Shown here: positions 33,227 through 43,200 of the stretch, piece by piece
Numbering within the stretch: the first letter of the stretch is position 1
How the letters are laid out: every line of letters begins with the position of its first letter
UHGV virus genome: UHGV-0180138
Length of the DNA: 46,657 nt
Direction: 5' to 3' (one strand)
Source: a virus
The notes under the pieces: generated by a model
What the model was told of the DNA's origin: nothing
The model's database searches: none
Seen by the model: only the letters and a program-made list of their open reading frames with translations
Translations under genes and position numbers: made by a program

Positions 33227-35572
33227 ATGGCTACCAGTGTAGGTACAATTTATTACGAAGTTGATGCAAAAACTGGTCAACTTCTCGTTGCACAACGACA
33301 GGCAGACCAGGCCTTTGACCGTATAGAGCGCGGCGCAAAACAGGCTGACCGCCAGGTAAACACCCTGAAAACATCCATCAAGGCACTGACCAGGGTTATC
33401 CATTTGCTAATTGCTGCGGAGGCTGTGCGCCAATTTATGGATATGGCGGAGCAAGCAAAAATGCTTCGCGTAAAAATCAAAATGCTTACGGGCGATGCGG
33501 AGTCCGCCGGACGGGTTTTCGACGGCCTGAAAGCAATATCCAGGGAAACGGGGCAGAGCCTGAAGGATACTGGCGAACTATGGCAGGGCCTGGCTATCTC
33601 ACTGAAGAACACGTCAGCTACGGAAGGGCAATTGCTTAACCTGGTTGGCACTATTCAGAAAATGGGGGCGTTAGGCGGCGCATCAGCGGAACAGATGTCT
33701 AACTCTATGCGCCAGTTCCGCCAGTCTATAGACGGCGGCGTGCTGCGTGCTGAAGAATTTAACAGCCTACTTGAAAACACCCCGACCATCGTACAAACAA
33801 TGGCCCGCCATATGGGATTATCAATGGGCCAGTTCCGCGCTGAAATGCTGGACGGCAAGATCACGGCAGAAAGGATGGTTAACGCAATCCAGGCGGCTAC
33901 GCAGGAAACAAACGAGCAGTTCGCGCAGTTGCCTCGCACATCCGGTATGGCTATCAATGAGCTTAAAGTCGAAATCATGGGCCTTGTTGAGCAGCTTGAT
34001 GATCTTTTCGGCGTATCAGATGGCGTAGTCTCAGCTATCGACTTGATCACAAAAGGCGTTAAGGGGTTAGGTGAGGGCGCTAAATTCGCTAAAACCTGCT
34101 TCGATACACTCAAAACGGCTGGTGGCGAATTCATCGACATGTTTGATGATGTGGCTGTGAAGGCTGGCGAGGTGGCAGAGAAGATCATCGCAATGGTGAC
34201 GCCAATCAAGGCGCTTATGGACGCTTATAAATGGATGAAGGAGGTTGTAGATAAGCGCAAGGAAGAACTAAATAACAATCCTACAAAAATGTTCGGACCG
34301 TTAGTAGGCCAGGTGATGACGCTTAAAAATGATCTCGATGCAGTTCGCAAGAAAGGTGAGGAAGCGAAAGAAGCGTTAACTGCACCAGATGACGGAACTA
34401 TTACCGGATTCGATAAGCCAGTGGACAAGCCTAAAAAGGGTAAGAAAACTGGCAGCAAGAAAAGCAAAGAGGATACGCTTGGTGACAAAGGCATAAGCGT
34501 TTCCGACATGTACAACAGAGACGCCGCCGCCATGCGCAAAGCGTTAGAGAACGGAAAAGCCATTGATGCTGCGTTCGCCCAGGGAAAAATAACCCTGCTT
34601 GAGTACCGCGCCGCTCAAAAGGGGATTGGCAAGGAACTGAAGGAAGAATTAGCACAGATTCCGGTAGATGAATTGCGTGATAAATGGTCGCAAATAGTTA
34701 GCCCGATGGACCAGCTAAAAGGCGAAGTTAACCCCATCCAGCAGGCACAAAATGAATGGGCCGTCCGTAAGCAAATGCTTATCGACCTGGGCGCTACCGA
34801 AGCGCAACAGAAACAGGAATTGTTAGCCTATGAGCAGCAGATCCGCGATCTGAAATGGGAGCAATGGCAGGCGCAAAGCCAGACAAACGGCCTGATCGGT
34901 GATTGCGTTAATGGCCTTAAAGGTGGTATGAGCAATGCGCTTGTTGGCCTGTTAAACGGCACTCAATCATTGAGTGATGTTTTTGCTAACTTAGGCAGCA
35001 ATATACTTGGGAATATCGGTAACAGACTTTCGGACATAGCTGCCAACTGGATAGCAGATCAAATCATGATGGAGACACAAAGCAAAGCCACGCAGGCCAG
35101 CACAACGGCAAGCGCGGTTGCCGCTCAGGGAAGCATTGCGGCGGCGGCGGCCCCAGCCGCGGCGGCAACTGCGGCATCAACTGGCGGCAGCTGGGCGGCG
35201 GCTGGTTCGGCGGCACTTACCGCGATCATGTCGCTGGCTACGTCAATTTTTGGTGGCGGGCGTTATAATGGTGGTTCGGTTAACGGTGGTAGCCTGTATC
35301 GCGTAGGGGAACACGGTAAGCCGGAATTATTCCAGACTAATAACGGTCGTCAGTATATGATACCTGGCGAAAATGGCAGAGTAATTCCTAATCGTGACAT
35401 TGGCGGCGGCGGTGGCATCAACATGCCAGTGACCATCAACGTCCAGACCACGAACGGATTCAGCGACGATGACAGCCGCAGACTTGAGCAGACGATGGAA
35501 CGTGTAGCTATGAAGATGATAACAAGGGAATCTCAAAGACCGGGCGGAATGTTGCAACCGCGCCGCAAATAA
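33227..35572 (+). CDS. tail tape measure protein
   Basis: 781 aa, largely alpha-helical with Gly/Ala-rich C-terminal part; precedes M-L-K-I-J block; SD GAGG. Confidence 0.85.
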   Translation: MATSVGTIYYEVDAKTGQLLVAQRQADQAFDRIERGAKQADRQVNTLKTSIKALTRVIHLLIAAEAVRQFMDMAEQAKMLRVKIKMLTGDAESAGRVFDGLKAISRETGQSLKDTGELWQGLAISLKNTSATEGQLLNLVGTIQKMGALGGASAEQMSNSMRQFRQSIDGGVLRAEEFNSLLENTPTIVQTMARHMGLSMGQFRAEMLDGKITAERMVNAIQAATQETNEQFAQLPRTSGMAINELKVEIMGLVEQLDDLFGVSDGVVSAIDLITKGVKGLGEGAKFAKTCFDTLKTAGGEFIDMFDDVAVKAGEVAEKIIAMVTPIKALMDAYKWMKEVVDKRKEELNNNPTKMFGPLVGQVMTLKNDLDAVRKKGEEAKEALTAPDDGTITGFDKPVDKPKKGKKTGSKKSKEDTLGDKGISVSDMYNRDAAAMRKALENGKAIDAAFAQGKITLLEYRAAQKGIGKELKEELAQIPVDELRDKWSQIVSPMDQLKGEVNPIQQAQNEWAVRKQMLIDLGATEAQQKQELLAYEQQIRDLKWEQWQAQSQTNGLIGDCVNGLKGGMSNALVGLLNGTQSLSDVFANLGSNILGNIGNRLSDIAANWIADQIMMETQSKATQASTTASAVAAQGSIAAAAAPAAAATAASTGGSWAAAGSAALTAIMSLATSIFGGGRYNGGSVNGGSLYRVGEHGKPELFQTNNGRQYMIPGENGRVIPNRDIGGGGGINMPVTINVQTTNGFSDDDSRRLEQTMERVAMKMITRESQRPGGMLQPRRK

Positions 35573-35577
35573 CACTA

Positions 35578-35604
35578 AGGCCGCTTATAGCGGCCTTTAT
35601 TTTA
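35578..35604 (+). terminator. rho-independent terminator after tape measure gene
   Basis: AGGCCGC-ttata-GCGGCCT followed by TTATTTT. Confidence 0.65.
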
Positions 35605-35889
35605 CATGGTGAGAATATAAATCAAACAGCACAGGAATACAGGTGCGGCGAAGTCGCAAACGCTAGCCATATTCCATGCTTTAGGTAAGAATCCGCCATA
35701 CCACGGCATTCTTTCCCGTTTTCCACCGCAAAATTCCGCTATGTAACGATATTCAGCCTGCGTGTGTTCCCGTGCAAAAAAGAATGTACATCCAATCAGG
35801 CCGCCAGTGAGATAATCACCAGTAAGCAGGCCGATAACAACCTGCATAGCCGCCGCAGCAAGTGCGTGACCAATAACGGTTAAATCCAT
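35602..35889 (-). CDS. small membrane protein
   Basis: 95 aa, three hydrophobic segments; last gene of leftward cassette. Confidence 0.5.
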   Translation of the reverse strand: MDLTVIGHALAAAAMQVVIGLLTGDYLTGGLIGCTFFFAREHTQAEYRYIAEFCGGKRERMPWYGGFLPKAWNMASVCDFAAPVFLCCLIYILTM

Positions 35890-35891
35890 AG

Positions 35892-36077
35892 TTAATCCCC
35901 CTGATCGTTCTCAAATGTGCCATCTACAAATTTTTGAAGCCCGGCGATAAGTTGTGTAGCCTGCGATTTTTCAATTACGATGGTGTCACTCCCCATAAGT
36001 TCGGTTATCCACAGCCGGTCATTCTCATCAAGATCTAACCTAACTCCGTAACATAACTCTGTTTCGTCAATAATCAT
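35892..36077 (-). CDS. small acidic protein
   Basis: 61-aa ORF in leftward cassette. Confidence 0.45.
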   Translation of the reverse strand: MIIDETELCYGVRLDLDENDRLWITELMGSDTIVIEKSQATQLIAGLQKFVDGTFENDQGD

Positions 36078-36186
36078 TTTTCCCCCTATAATCTTCCGTT
36101 ACGTGCGATGTACCCCCTGCCGAACATCACTAGCCAGATGTTCCAGATCTCACGCCAGGTATATTTCTCATCCTCCATACCCCACC

Positions 36187-36441
36187 TCACTTATGGCAAC
36201 CGCGCACGCCAGATAATTCATTAAATTTGTGATGCTCGACGATTACCCATGCTTTCAAGTCTTGGCTATAAACACGCCAATCTAAATTGGCGCGGAAGGC
36301 GTAGCCGTAGCCGTCCTTTAATTTTTTGGGTGCAACATCTTTGTTTAAAAACGCGTTCAGAAGTTCTTTTGCTTTTTTGATTACGTGTCCAGGTGCGTTT
36401 TTCTGTGCTTTCAGGTTTTTGTCAATCGCTACCAGTTTCAT
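36187..36441 (-). CDS. RelE/YoeB/ParE-superfamily toxin-like protein (candidate)
   Basis: 84 aa; pattern VIKKAKELLNAFLNKD...KKLKDGYGYAFRANLDWRVYSQDLKAWVIVEHHK resembles RelE/ParE fold (helices then strand with W/Y-R-V-Y and V-I-V-x-x-H); SD GGGGTGAG; motif-level only. Confidence 0.35.
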   Translation of the reverse strand: MKLVAIDKNLKAQKNAPGHVIKKAKELLNAFLNKDVAPKKLKDGYGYAFRANLDWRVYSQDLKAWVIVEHHKFNELSGVRGCHK

Positions 36442-36458
36442 AACTCACCCCATCATCC

Positions 36459-36614
36459 TTAGTTAAGTTCCTTCAGGAAGAAGTCCCGGTATTCATCTTC
36501 TTTCGCATTCATCATGAATTGACCGTATTTGAATGCGTCGTCGAAACCCTTAACGATTGCTATTTCCACTTGTTCGAATGCGTTGTTTAGCATTACCACT
36601 ACATAGCGTTTCAT
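36459..36614 (-). CDS. small protein, possible partner of downstream toxin-like gene
   Basis: Start set at ATG 36614 after strong SD AAGGAGG (track ORF extends to 36689); 51 aa. Confidence 0.45.
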   Translation of the reverse strand: MKRYVVVMLNNAFEQVEIAIVKGFDDAFKYGQFMMNAKEDEYRDFFLKELN

Positions 36615-36684
36615 TTTGGGCCTCCTTCGTTGGTACTGCTTTTCTTCTTGCTTTCTGTATACATCTTGTTTAGTGCCATGTGAA

Positions 36685-36699
36685 GCCATTTTGTAAACT
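36685..36699 (-). promoter_or_regulatory. conserved motif AGTTTACAAAATGGC (minus orientation) at head of leftward cassette
   Basis: Reverse complement of GCCATTTTGTAAACT; oriented with the leftward genes. Confidence 0.5.
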
Positions 36700-36725
36700 A
36701 GCTATAATCATTGTGATGTAGATCT

Positions 36726-36757
36726 CATTTTTCGCGTAGAAGCGCGTAAAGATATAT
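36726..36757 (+). promoter_or_regulatory. second copy of conserved element (CATTTTTCGCGTAGAAGCGCGTAAAGATATAT) upstream of tail gene M
   Basis: 27 of 31 positions identical with 23859-23889. Confidence 0.45.
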
Positions 36758-36782
36758 ACAAAGTGTAACTTATGGGGGTTTT

Positions 36783-37136
36783 ATGCCGGAAGTGTTCAGA
36801 TGGACGCCGCAACGAAGCTACAGCGTGACCAGGGAGCCAGACGTATCTGTTGTTAAGCTGGGCGATGGTTATGAGCAAAGACAGGTAAAAGGTATCAATC
36901 CATTGCTTGATAGCTACACCCTGGTGTTTAAAGGCAGTAGCGCCGGATGTGGTGATAGTGGAAACGTAGCAATCCAGGCGGAAGCATTCTTGAGGGCGCG
37001 CGGCGCGGTCGAGGCTTTTTACTGGTCGCCGTCGATGGATAACGTGCAAAGGCTTTTTGTTTGCCGTAGTTGGAGCATGACCAAAGACGGACCGCTATAC
37101 ACGCTAAACGCAACATTTGAGCAAGTTATTAATTAA
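36783..37136 (+). CDS. minor tail protein M (lambda gpM-like)
   Basis: FRW...GDGYEQRQ...FYWSPS...FEQVIN parallels lambda gpM (FRW...FGDGYSQR...FLWTPP...FEQVVN). Confidence 0.8.
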   Translation: MPEVFRWTPQRSYSVTREPDVSVVKLGDGYEQRQVKGINPLLDSYTLVFKGSSAGCGDSGNVAIQAEAFLRARGAVEAFYWSPSMDNVQRLFVCRSWSMTKDGPLYTLNATFEQVIN

Positions 37137-37146
37137 GGGAGGGGAT

Positions 37147-37329
37147 ATGCCTTATTTTTGTGTAGTGGAGCGCACTGGCGCTTTTACATTGTTTGCCGAC
37201 TATGAAATTAATGATCTCACTGTACGGGCTGATAACGGTGAGACGTGGTATCTCCATGATATGGGTGATGGATATGTTGGCTGTACGACATGGGACGGAA
37301 AAGAAGTAGCATTTCTATCCTACGATTAA
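37147..37329 (+). CDS. hypothetical small protein
   Basis: ATG 37147 after SD GGGAGGGG; 60 aa. Confidence 0.45.
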   Translation: MPYFCVVERTGAFTLFADYEINDLTVRADNGETWYLHDMGDGYVGCTTWDGKEVAFLSYD

Positions 37330-37356
37330 AAAACACCCCGCGAGAAGCGGGGTTTA
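37327..37356. terminator. terminator hairpin (mainly for leftward cassette)
   Basis: ACCCCGC-gagaa-GCGGGGT; A-run upstream gives T-run on minus strand; near-identical stem to terminator at 44815. Confidence 0.55.
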
Positions 37357-37429
37357 TAGTGTTGATAGCAGAATGCATAACAATCCAATAATGATAATAA
37401 TCATTTCCAGAACGTAATGTTCGCACATC

Positions 37430-37678
37430 TCATAACGCCCCCTTCAAATATGTCAATCCCTTATCAGTGACGAATGAATGATTCACCTGGTTTTCATCCG
37501 TCATGATGATGAATAACTTTTCCTGTAGGTGTTTCGCTTTCGGGTACAGCGTTAAGCAGACCTGGTACAAAATCCCGCGCTCAATCAGCAAATCAATAAA
37601 TTCGTGCTCATGATAACCGATAAGGCGGGCGGCCTGTTTCAACGTGTATACATAGTCACCGTGATTGCGCCGCGCCAT
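37430..37678 (-). CDS. putative HTH DNA-binding protein
   Basis: 82 aa; YTLKQAARLIGYHEHEFIDLLIERGIL resembles an HTH. Confidence 0.45.
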   Translation of the reverse strand: MARRNHGDYVYTLKQAARLIGYHEHEFIDLLIERGILYQVCLTLYPKAKHLQEKLFIIMTDENQVNHSFVTDKGLTYLKGAL

Positions 37679-37686
37679 ATTGCCAC

Positions 37687-38049
37687 CTATTTATCGAAGC
37701 AGCCTAAGTTATCAATACAGAAGTCTTTAGCGGCTTTTTCGTATTCCTGTTTTGCTTTCGGATCGTCTGCCGGGAAACCTTTCGCGTGTATTTCACCAGG
37801 GCAAGACTGGTCCATAGAATCTGCATAATAAGCAGTGAAGCTACTATTAATATCTTTCGGGTTCATAGCGTTGTCCTCGTCTGGTTCGTCGTCTGGTATT
37901 TCTATCGGGTTAACTGTAAAGTCACATGCTCTGTTCCAGCACCGGAGAATCTCAAGTCCTTCTCCGCGTGCATTTTCATACGTTTCGAATAACCCCAGGT
38001 ATTCCCATTCTTGCCTATCAGTCCAAACATCTAAGCGCCATTTTCTCAT
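37687..38049 (-). CDS. hypothetical acidic protein
   Basis: Start set at ATG 38049 after SD GGTGGG (track ORF extends to 38103). Confidence 0.45.
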   Translation of the reverse strand: MRKWRLDVWTDRQEWEYLGLFETYENARGEGLEILRCWNRACDFTVNPIEIPDDEPDEDNAMNPKDINSSFTAYYADSMDQSCPGEIHAKGFPADDPKAKQEYEKAAKDFCIDNLGCFDK

Positions 38050-38218
38050 TTCGCCCACCATTGAATTTAATAGGTTTAATCCGGTAGCCCATGACTCGAT
38101 CATCTTTTTCTGATAGGTCTAAGGCCGTATCTAATGCGTCGCCAGGATTATCGAATTCAGCCTCGACATCACGCCCATTACTCATAAATAAGGTGAGTAT
38201 CCATAACTTATCATTCAT
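38018..38218 (-). CDS. hypothetical small protein
   Basis: 66-aa ORF, first gene of leftward cassette. Confidence 0.45.
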   Translation of the reverse strand: MNDKLWILTLFMSNGRDVEAEFDNPGDALDTALDLSEKDDRVMGYRIKPIKFNGGRNEKMALRCLD

Positions 38219-38232
38219 CCTGCGCCCCTTGT

Positions 38233-38247
38233 TCCATTTTGTTAACT
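38233..38247 (-). promoter_or_regulatory. variant of conserved motif (AGTTAACAAAATGGA, minus orientation) upstream of leftward cassette
   Basis: One-base variant of GTTTACAAAATGG; oriented with leftward genes. Confidence 0.4.
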
Positions 38248-38348
38248 TACCCTCCGTTTGAGTAAAATATACATATTGTAAAAACCGCGATCAATCCATT
38301 TTGGTATGATTTAGCGTGACGCAGATCACAAAATCAGAAGGTGAATAA

Positions 38349-39053
38349 ATGCGCAATATACCTACAGAAATGATTATTGATTCCGTCGATGCCGGAGTCG
38401 GCGCGGTCATTGACCTGTTCGAACTGGACCTTACGCCAATGGGTGGCGAGGTTATCCGCTTCCATTCCGGCGCAAACGGCTATTACGGCCCGGTTATCTG
38501 GAAGGGCGTGGCTTACAACAGCTACCCGATCGAGGCGACGGGCTTCGAAATGAAAAACGAGGGTGTTTATTCGCGTCCTCAAATGGTTGTAGCCAACATT
38601 GGCGGGCTAATCACAGGGATGAATAACGATTTCAACGACCTGCGAGGAATGAAGGTTACGCGCCGCCAGGTGGAGGTTAAATACCTGGACGCCGTTAACT
38701 TCCCTAACGGCAATCCAGACGCAGATCCATCTATTGAGGCTGTATCTTTTTACGTCGTTGAAGCAATGAGCGAAGAAACAGCGGATCAGGTGCAATATGA
38801 ATTGTCAACGCCAATTGATGCAGATAAAGCCGTTATCCCAGGGCGCACCATCCTTGCTGACGTTTGTCAGTGGCAATACAGAGGCGACGGGTGCATGTAT
38901 TCTGGCGGCCCGGTCGCAACTGATAAAGATACACCAACAAGTGACCCAACGTTAGACAAATGCAGCCACCGCCTTAGCGGTTGCCGTTTGCGTTTTCCGC
39001 GTCCGGCAGCACTGCCGATCTCCTGTTTCCCTGGTTCCAGCAAGGTAGGTTAA
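38349..39053 (+). CDS. minor tail protein L (lambda gpL-like)
   Basis: LFELDLTPMGGE...GFE...TGM...LDAVNFPNGNPDADP...PGR..LA..CQWQYRGDGC.YSG...PTSD..DKCSHRLSGC parallels lambda gpL. Confidence 0.85.
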   Translation: MRNIPTEMIIDSVDAGVGAVIDLFELDLTPMGGEVIRFHSGANGYYGPVIWKGVAYNSYPIEATGFEMKNEGVYSRPQMVVANIGGLITGMNNDFNDLRGMKVTRRQVEVKYLDAVNFPNGNPDADPSIEAVSFYVVEAMSEETADQVQYELSTPIDADKAVIPGRTILADVCQWQYRGDGCMYSGGPVATDKDTPTSDPTLDKCSHRLSGCRLRFPRPAALPISCFPGSSKVG

Positions 39054-39055
39054 TC

Positions 39056-39787
39056 ATGGGGATGGAAGACAAAATGTCGCGTTATGCCGCCGCGCATCCG
39101 TTTGAGGAAGTTTGCGGACTTGTAATAGATAACGAGTATTTTTACCCGTGCGCTAACGTGTCTGAAACACCTTACAACAGCTTCAAGATTTCGCCGGACG
39201 ATTACATCAAAGCGGACGAATTGGGCGTTATAACCGCCGTTTTCCACTCCCACGTTGGTGATATTCCTGTATTGTCAGCGCGGGATCGACAGCAACAGGT
39301 TATTTCCGGGCTACCCTGGTTTTTATATTCCGGCGGCAAGATCAGGAAATTCCGTCCGGTTGCGCACCTGCTAGGCCGTAAATTCGTACACGGAACGACA
39401 GACTGTTACGCGCTTTTCCGCGACGCATATCACCTTTGCGGTGTAGATCTGCCTGACTTCGAGCGCCTTGATGGCTGGTGGCTTCGCGGTGAAAACCTGT
39501 ATTTAAAAAACCTGCCATTGAACGGGTTTTATCAGGTTGATGCGCAAAGCATACAGCCTGGTGATGTGATCATTCGCCAGCCATTCAAAGGCGCTGACCC
39601 GTGTCACGCAATGATTTACCTGGGTGATAACACGGTTTTGCATCATGACCATGCCGGATTATTAAGCCGCCGCGAGCAAATGCGGCCTGCTTATGTTCGA
39701 CAAACGCATTCAATATGGAGATCTGATAAATGCTCAAATTTAGATTTACGGGCAATCTTCGAAGATATTACGGCAAAGTGTGTTTAA
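39056..39787 (+). CDS. tail assembly protein K (lambda gpK-like, JAB/MPN plus NlpC/P60)
   Basis: EVCGLV...HSH...LPWFLY...KFRPVAHLLGRKFVHGTTDCYALFRDAYHLCG...PGDV...H parallels lambda gpK; start ATG 39056 right after L stop. Confidence 0.85.
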   Translation: MGMEDKMSRYAAAHPFEEVCGLVIDNEYFYPCANVSETPYNSFKISPDDYIKADELGVITAVFHSHVGDIPVLSARDRQQQVISGLPWFLYSGGKIRKFRPVAHLLGRKFVHGTTDCYALFRDAYHLCGVDLPDFERLDGWWLRGENLYLKNLPLNGFYQVDAQSIQPGDVIIRQPFKGADPCHAMIYLGDNTVLHHDHAGLLSRREQMRPAYVRQTHSIWRSDKCSNLDLRAIFEDITAKCV

Positions 39788-40260
39788 ACGTTGATACGCC
39801 AGCGCAAGGACTTGGCTTATTGGTTGCGCAGAATTATGAGTTCAAGAAGGCGTTTTTAAGCACCCCATTACGCTTACGAATTGCCGGGAAAGATTATGAC
39901 GAAAACACCGCGCCCGCAGCGGTTAATAGTAAATACCCGGATGGGACTACCGTCATTGTTGCGCCAGTAGTTGAAGGCGGTATCGCTGGGATTGGTGTTG
40001 TAGGTTGGATCTTGATTGGTGTTTCAGTGGTTAGCGTTGCGTTCTCAATCTTTATGTCACGCAACATGAAGATAAAAACATCAGCAGAAAGCGCACAAGA
40101 TAACACCATAACGAACAACACCTACACCAGCGTTGAAAACAAGGTAGGACAAGGCAGGCCAGTGCCAATCCTATTAGGTGAGATGAAAATAGGTTCAAAC
40201 GTCGGATCGTTAGGCATAGACACAAGTAACAACAAAGACGCCCTAGACGTTGTAAGTTAA
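39730..40260 (+). CDS. tail assembly protein I (lambda gpI-like)
   Basis: RIAGKDY...PDG..V...GQGRPVPILLGEMKIGS parallels lambda gpI. Confidence 0.75.
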   Translation: MLKFRFTGNLRRYYGKVCLNVDTPAQGLGLLVAQNYEFKKAFLSTPLRLRIAGKDYDENTAPAAVNSKYPDGTTVIVAPVVEGGIAGIGVVGWILIGVSVVSVAFSIFMSRNMKIKTSAESAQDNTITNNTYTSVENKVGQGRPVPILLGEMKIGSNVGSLGIDTSNNKDALDVVS

Positions 40261-40273
40261 CAGGAGAAAAGCC

Positions 40274-43200
40274 ATGAGTAGCGGCGGCGGCAAAGCCAAA
40301 ACACCAACATTATTGAACGATAACCTGTATCATAAACAGTTTTATCGTGTTTTAGATATTCTCAGCGAAGGGCCGATATACGGTCCGGTAAACCAGAAAG
40401 CGCCACTGAATGACGTGATGCTTAATGACACGCCTGTTACTGACGCAAACGGGAATACATCAATCCCGGGGATTAGTATAGCCTGGCGCAACGGCACGGC
40501 TGATCAATCTCCGATTAATGGTTTTAATGCCATCGAGTCAACCGTTATTGTCAACGCAAAGGTAACTCACGACACGCCAATAATCAGGACTGTTTCAGAT
40601 CCAAACGTTACCCGCGTCAGGTTGAATCTTGGTGTTGATGCTCTCGTTCAATCAGATAATAAGGGCAACCAATATAATACATCTGTCATGTTGATGGTGG
40701 ATGTTAAACCGTCATCATCTTCTACGTGGTCGCTGGTTAAAGATATACACATTGGTCCTGGTAAACAAAGCGGTGAATATCTGGAAGCTCACATCATTAA
40801 AGCGCCGGATGAAAAACCGTTTGATATTCGCGTTCGTCGCGTAACACCAGACAGCAACAGTGATCTATTGCAGAATGATACGCGGTGGAGTAGCTACAGC
40901 GAAATCATAGACGATAATCTGTCTTATCCTCATACCGCTGTAGCTGGCGCCGTAATTGACCATGATCAGTATACTGATACGCCTACCCGCACCTATCACC
41001 TTCGTGGCCTGATTGTTGATGTGCCTGACAACTACAACCCTGAAACGCGCACATATTCAGGTTTATGGCTTGGTGGATTTAAAAAGGCGTATACCAATAA
41101 CCCTGCATGGCTTTTCCGGTATCTGGTTAAAAACGAGCGCTTTGGGCTTGCTCGACATGCTGGTTACATTGATGTTGATGATGGCGCTTTGTACGTGCTT
41201 TCTCAATACTGCGATCAGTTGGTTGATGATGGCTATGGTGGCCTTGAACCTCGCATGACGCTTAACGCTTACATTACAGAGCAAATGAGCGCCCGCGATT
41301 TACTGGACAATATCGCCGGGATGTTCCGAGGCATCGCGTTATGGGACGGACAACGCCTTACCGTGATGATTGATGCGCCACAAGACCCGATCGCCACCAT
41401 CACAAACGCAAACGTCGTTGATGGTGCGTTCACTCGTTCAAGTATCGCCCGAGCAGAATGCTACAACGCCGTGATTGTATCATGGACTGACCCGGAAAAC
41501 GGCTGGGAGCAATCAAAAGAGTATGTGGCAGATGATGAGCTAATCGCCCGTGATGGTTATAACGAAACCACGTTGGAGGCGTTCGGGTGCACTTCACGCG
41601 GGCAAGCGCACCGCGCTGGTAAATGGCTGATAGAAACAGCAAAACGCGAGCCGTCAAAATTCACGTTTAAAATGGCCCGTGATGCGATTCACTTTACGCC
41701 AGGGGATATAATCGAGATCCTCGACAATAACCGCGCAGGCGCGCGTTTAGGCGGTCGTATCGTGGCGAACAATGGGAAAGTGATAACGGTCGATAAAGTC
41801 GATTCAGAATACATTGCAGCAGGCGACACCATCAGTTTACTTGATGGCGATGGCAAATTTAAAAAACATCAGATCACTGGTGTTAACGGGAACAAAATCA
41901 CACTGGCAGCAGCCCCGGCATGGATTCGGAACGGTACTGTTTTTGCTGTATCAACCGAATCTGCAAAACCCGTTTTATGTCGAATCATCAGCGTAGCAGA
42001 AACTGAAAACAACAGCGTGTACACCATCGAAGCAGCGCAACATGACCCGAAAAAACAAGCAGTAGTCGATGAAGGCGCTATATTTGAAATCAACAACGAC
42101 ACGCTTAATCACTTCCGCGTGCCGAGCATTGAAAATCTGAAGGTGGTAAACATTGGATCTGAAACGGTTCAATGCCGCGCAACATGGGAGACACAGACAA
42201 CAACACATCGCATGACCTTTGAGATCCGCATATATAACACAGATGGTGCGGTTGTTAAAAGCTACGAAACAACGAAATACAGTTATGATTTTTATGGCAT
42301 CGACGCTGGCGCGTATTCGTTAGGCGTTCGCGGAAGAAATGATACTGGCATGAAGGGCGCTGAAAGTATTGTTGATCTTGTTATTGGTGCGCCAGCCTCG
42401 CCAATAGGCGTTAACTGGGTTCCAGGTGTATTTCAGGCTACAGTGTACCCGATAAGCAAAACAACGCTAACAACTGATACAGCGTATGAGTTCTACTATG
42501 CAGGGAAAAACCAGATTACAGATCCTGCAAAAATAACCACGTCTGCGCAGTTTACCGGGCGCGGGTATCAGTGGACGTTCGGTGGAATGAACACGGGCCA
42601 TACTTATTACGTTTATGTGCGCACGCGCAATGCCTTTGGCGTGTCAGACTTCGTTGAGGCGTCAGGTAAGCCAACTGAAAACTTCGATGAAATCAGCGAC
42701 TATGTCACCAAAGACGTGATGAACTCAGAGCAATTTAAGGAATTGGTAAGTGATATTAAGGATCTTGGTGATCGCACTGATATTATAGAAAGCGCAACCG
42801 CCGACCTTAAAACAGCAACCGCCGACCTTAAAACAGCTACAGATGGCCTTAAAACTGATACAGATACACTTAAAAAAGACACCGAAGACCTTTATAAAAA
42901 AGTCGAAGAAAACGCCGATGGAATAGGCAAACATGAGGTAAGAATAGACTCATTAGAGGTATCAAACGAAAACGTTAATAACGAACTGGCACAGACAAAA
43001 GCAAGTTTACAAAACGCTTCGCTTGCTCTGATCAACAACTCGCTTGCTCAAACTAACACGCGGGTTACTCTTACCGCTCAATATAAGAAAGGTCGCAACG
43101 AAACAAAGGCACAGATTGACCGTATCGACAACGTTATCGCAGATGAGAAAAAATCGACAGCGGAATCACTGGAAACCATCACAGCAGAAATAAGCGCGAT

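Noticed and set aside
33277-34563. Several minus-strand ORFs inside the tape measure gene
   Set aside because: Antisense to a long, well-supported structural gene; Ser/Ala-rich products typical of reverse-frame artefacts.
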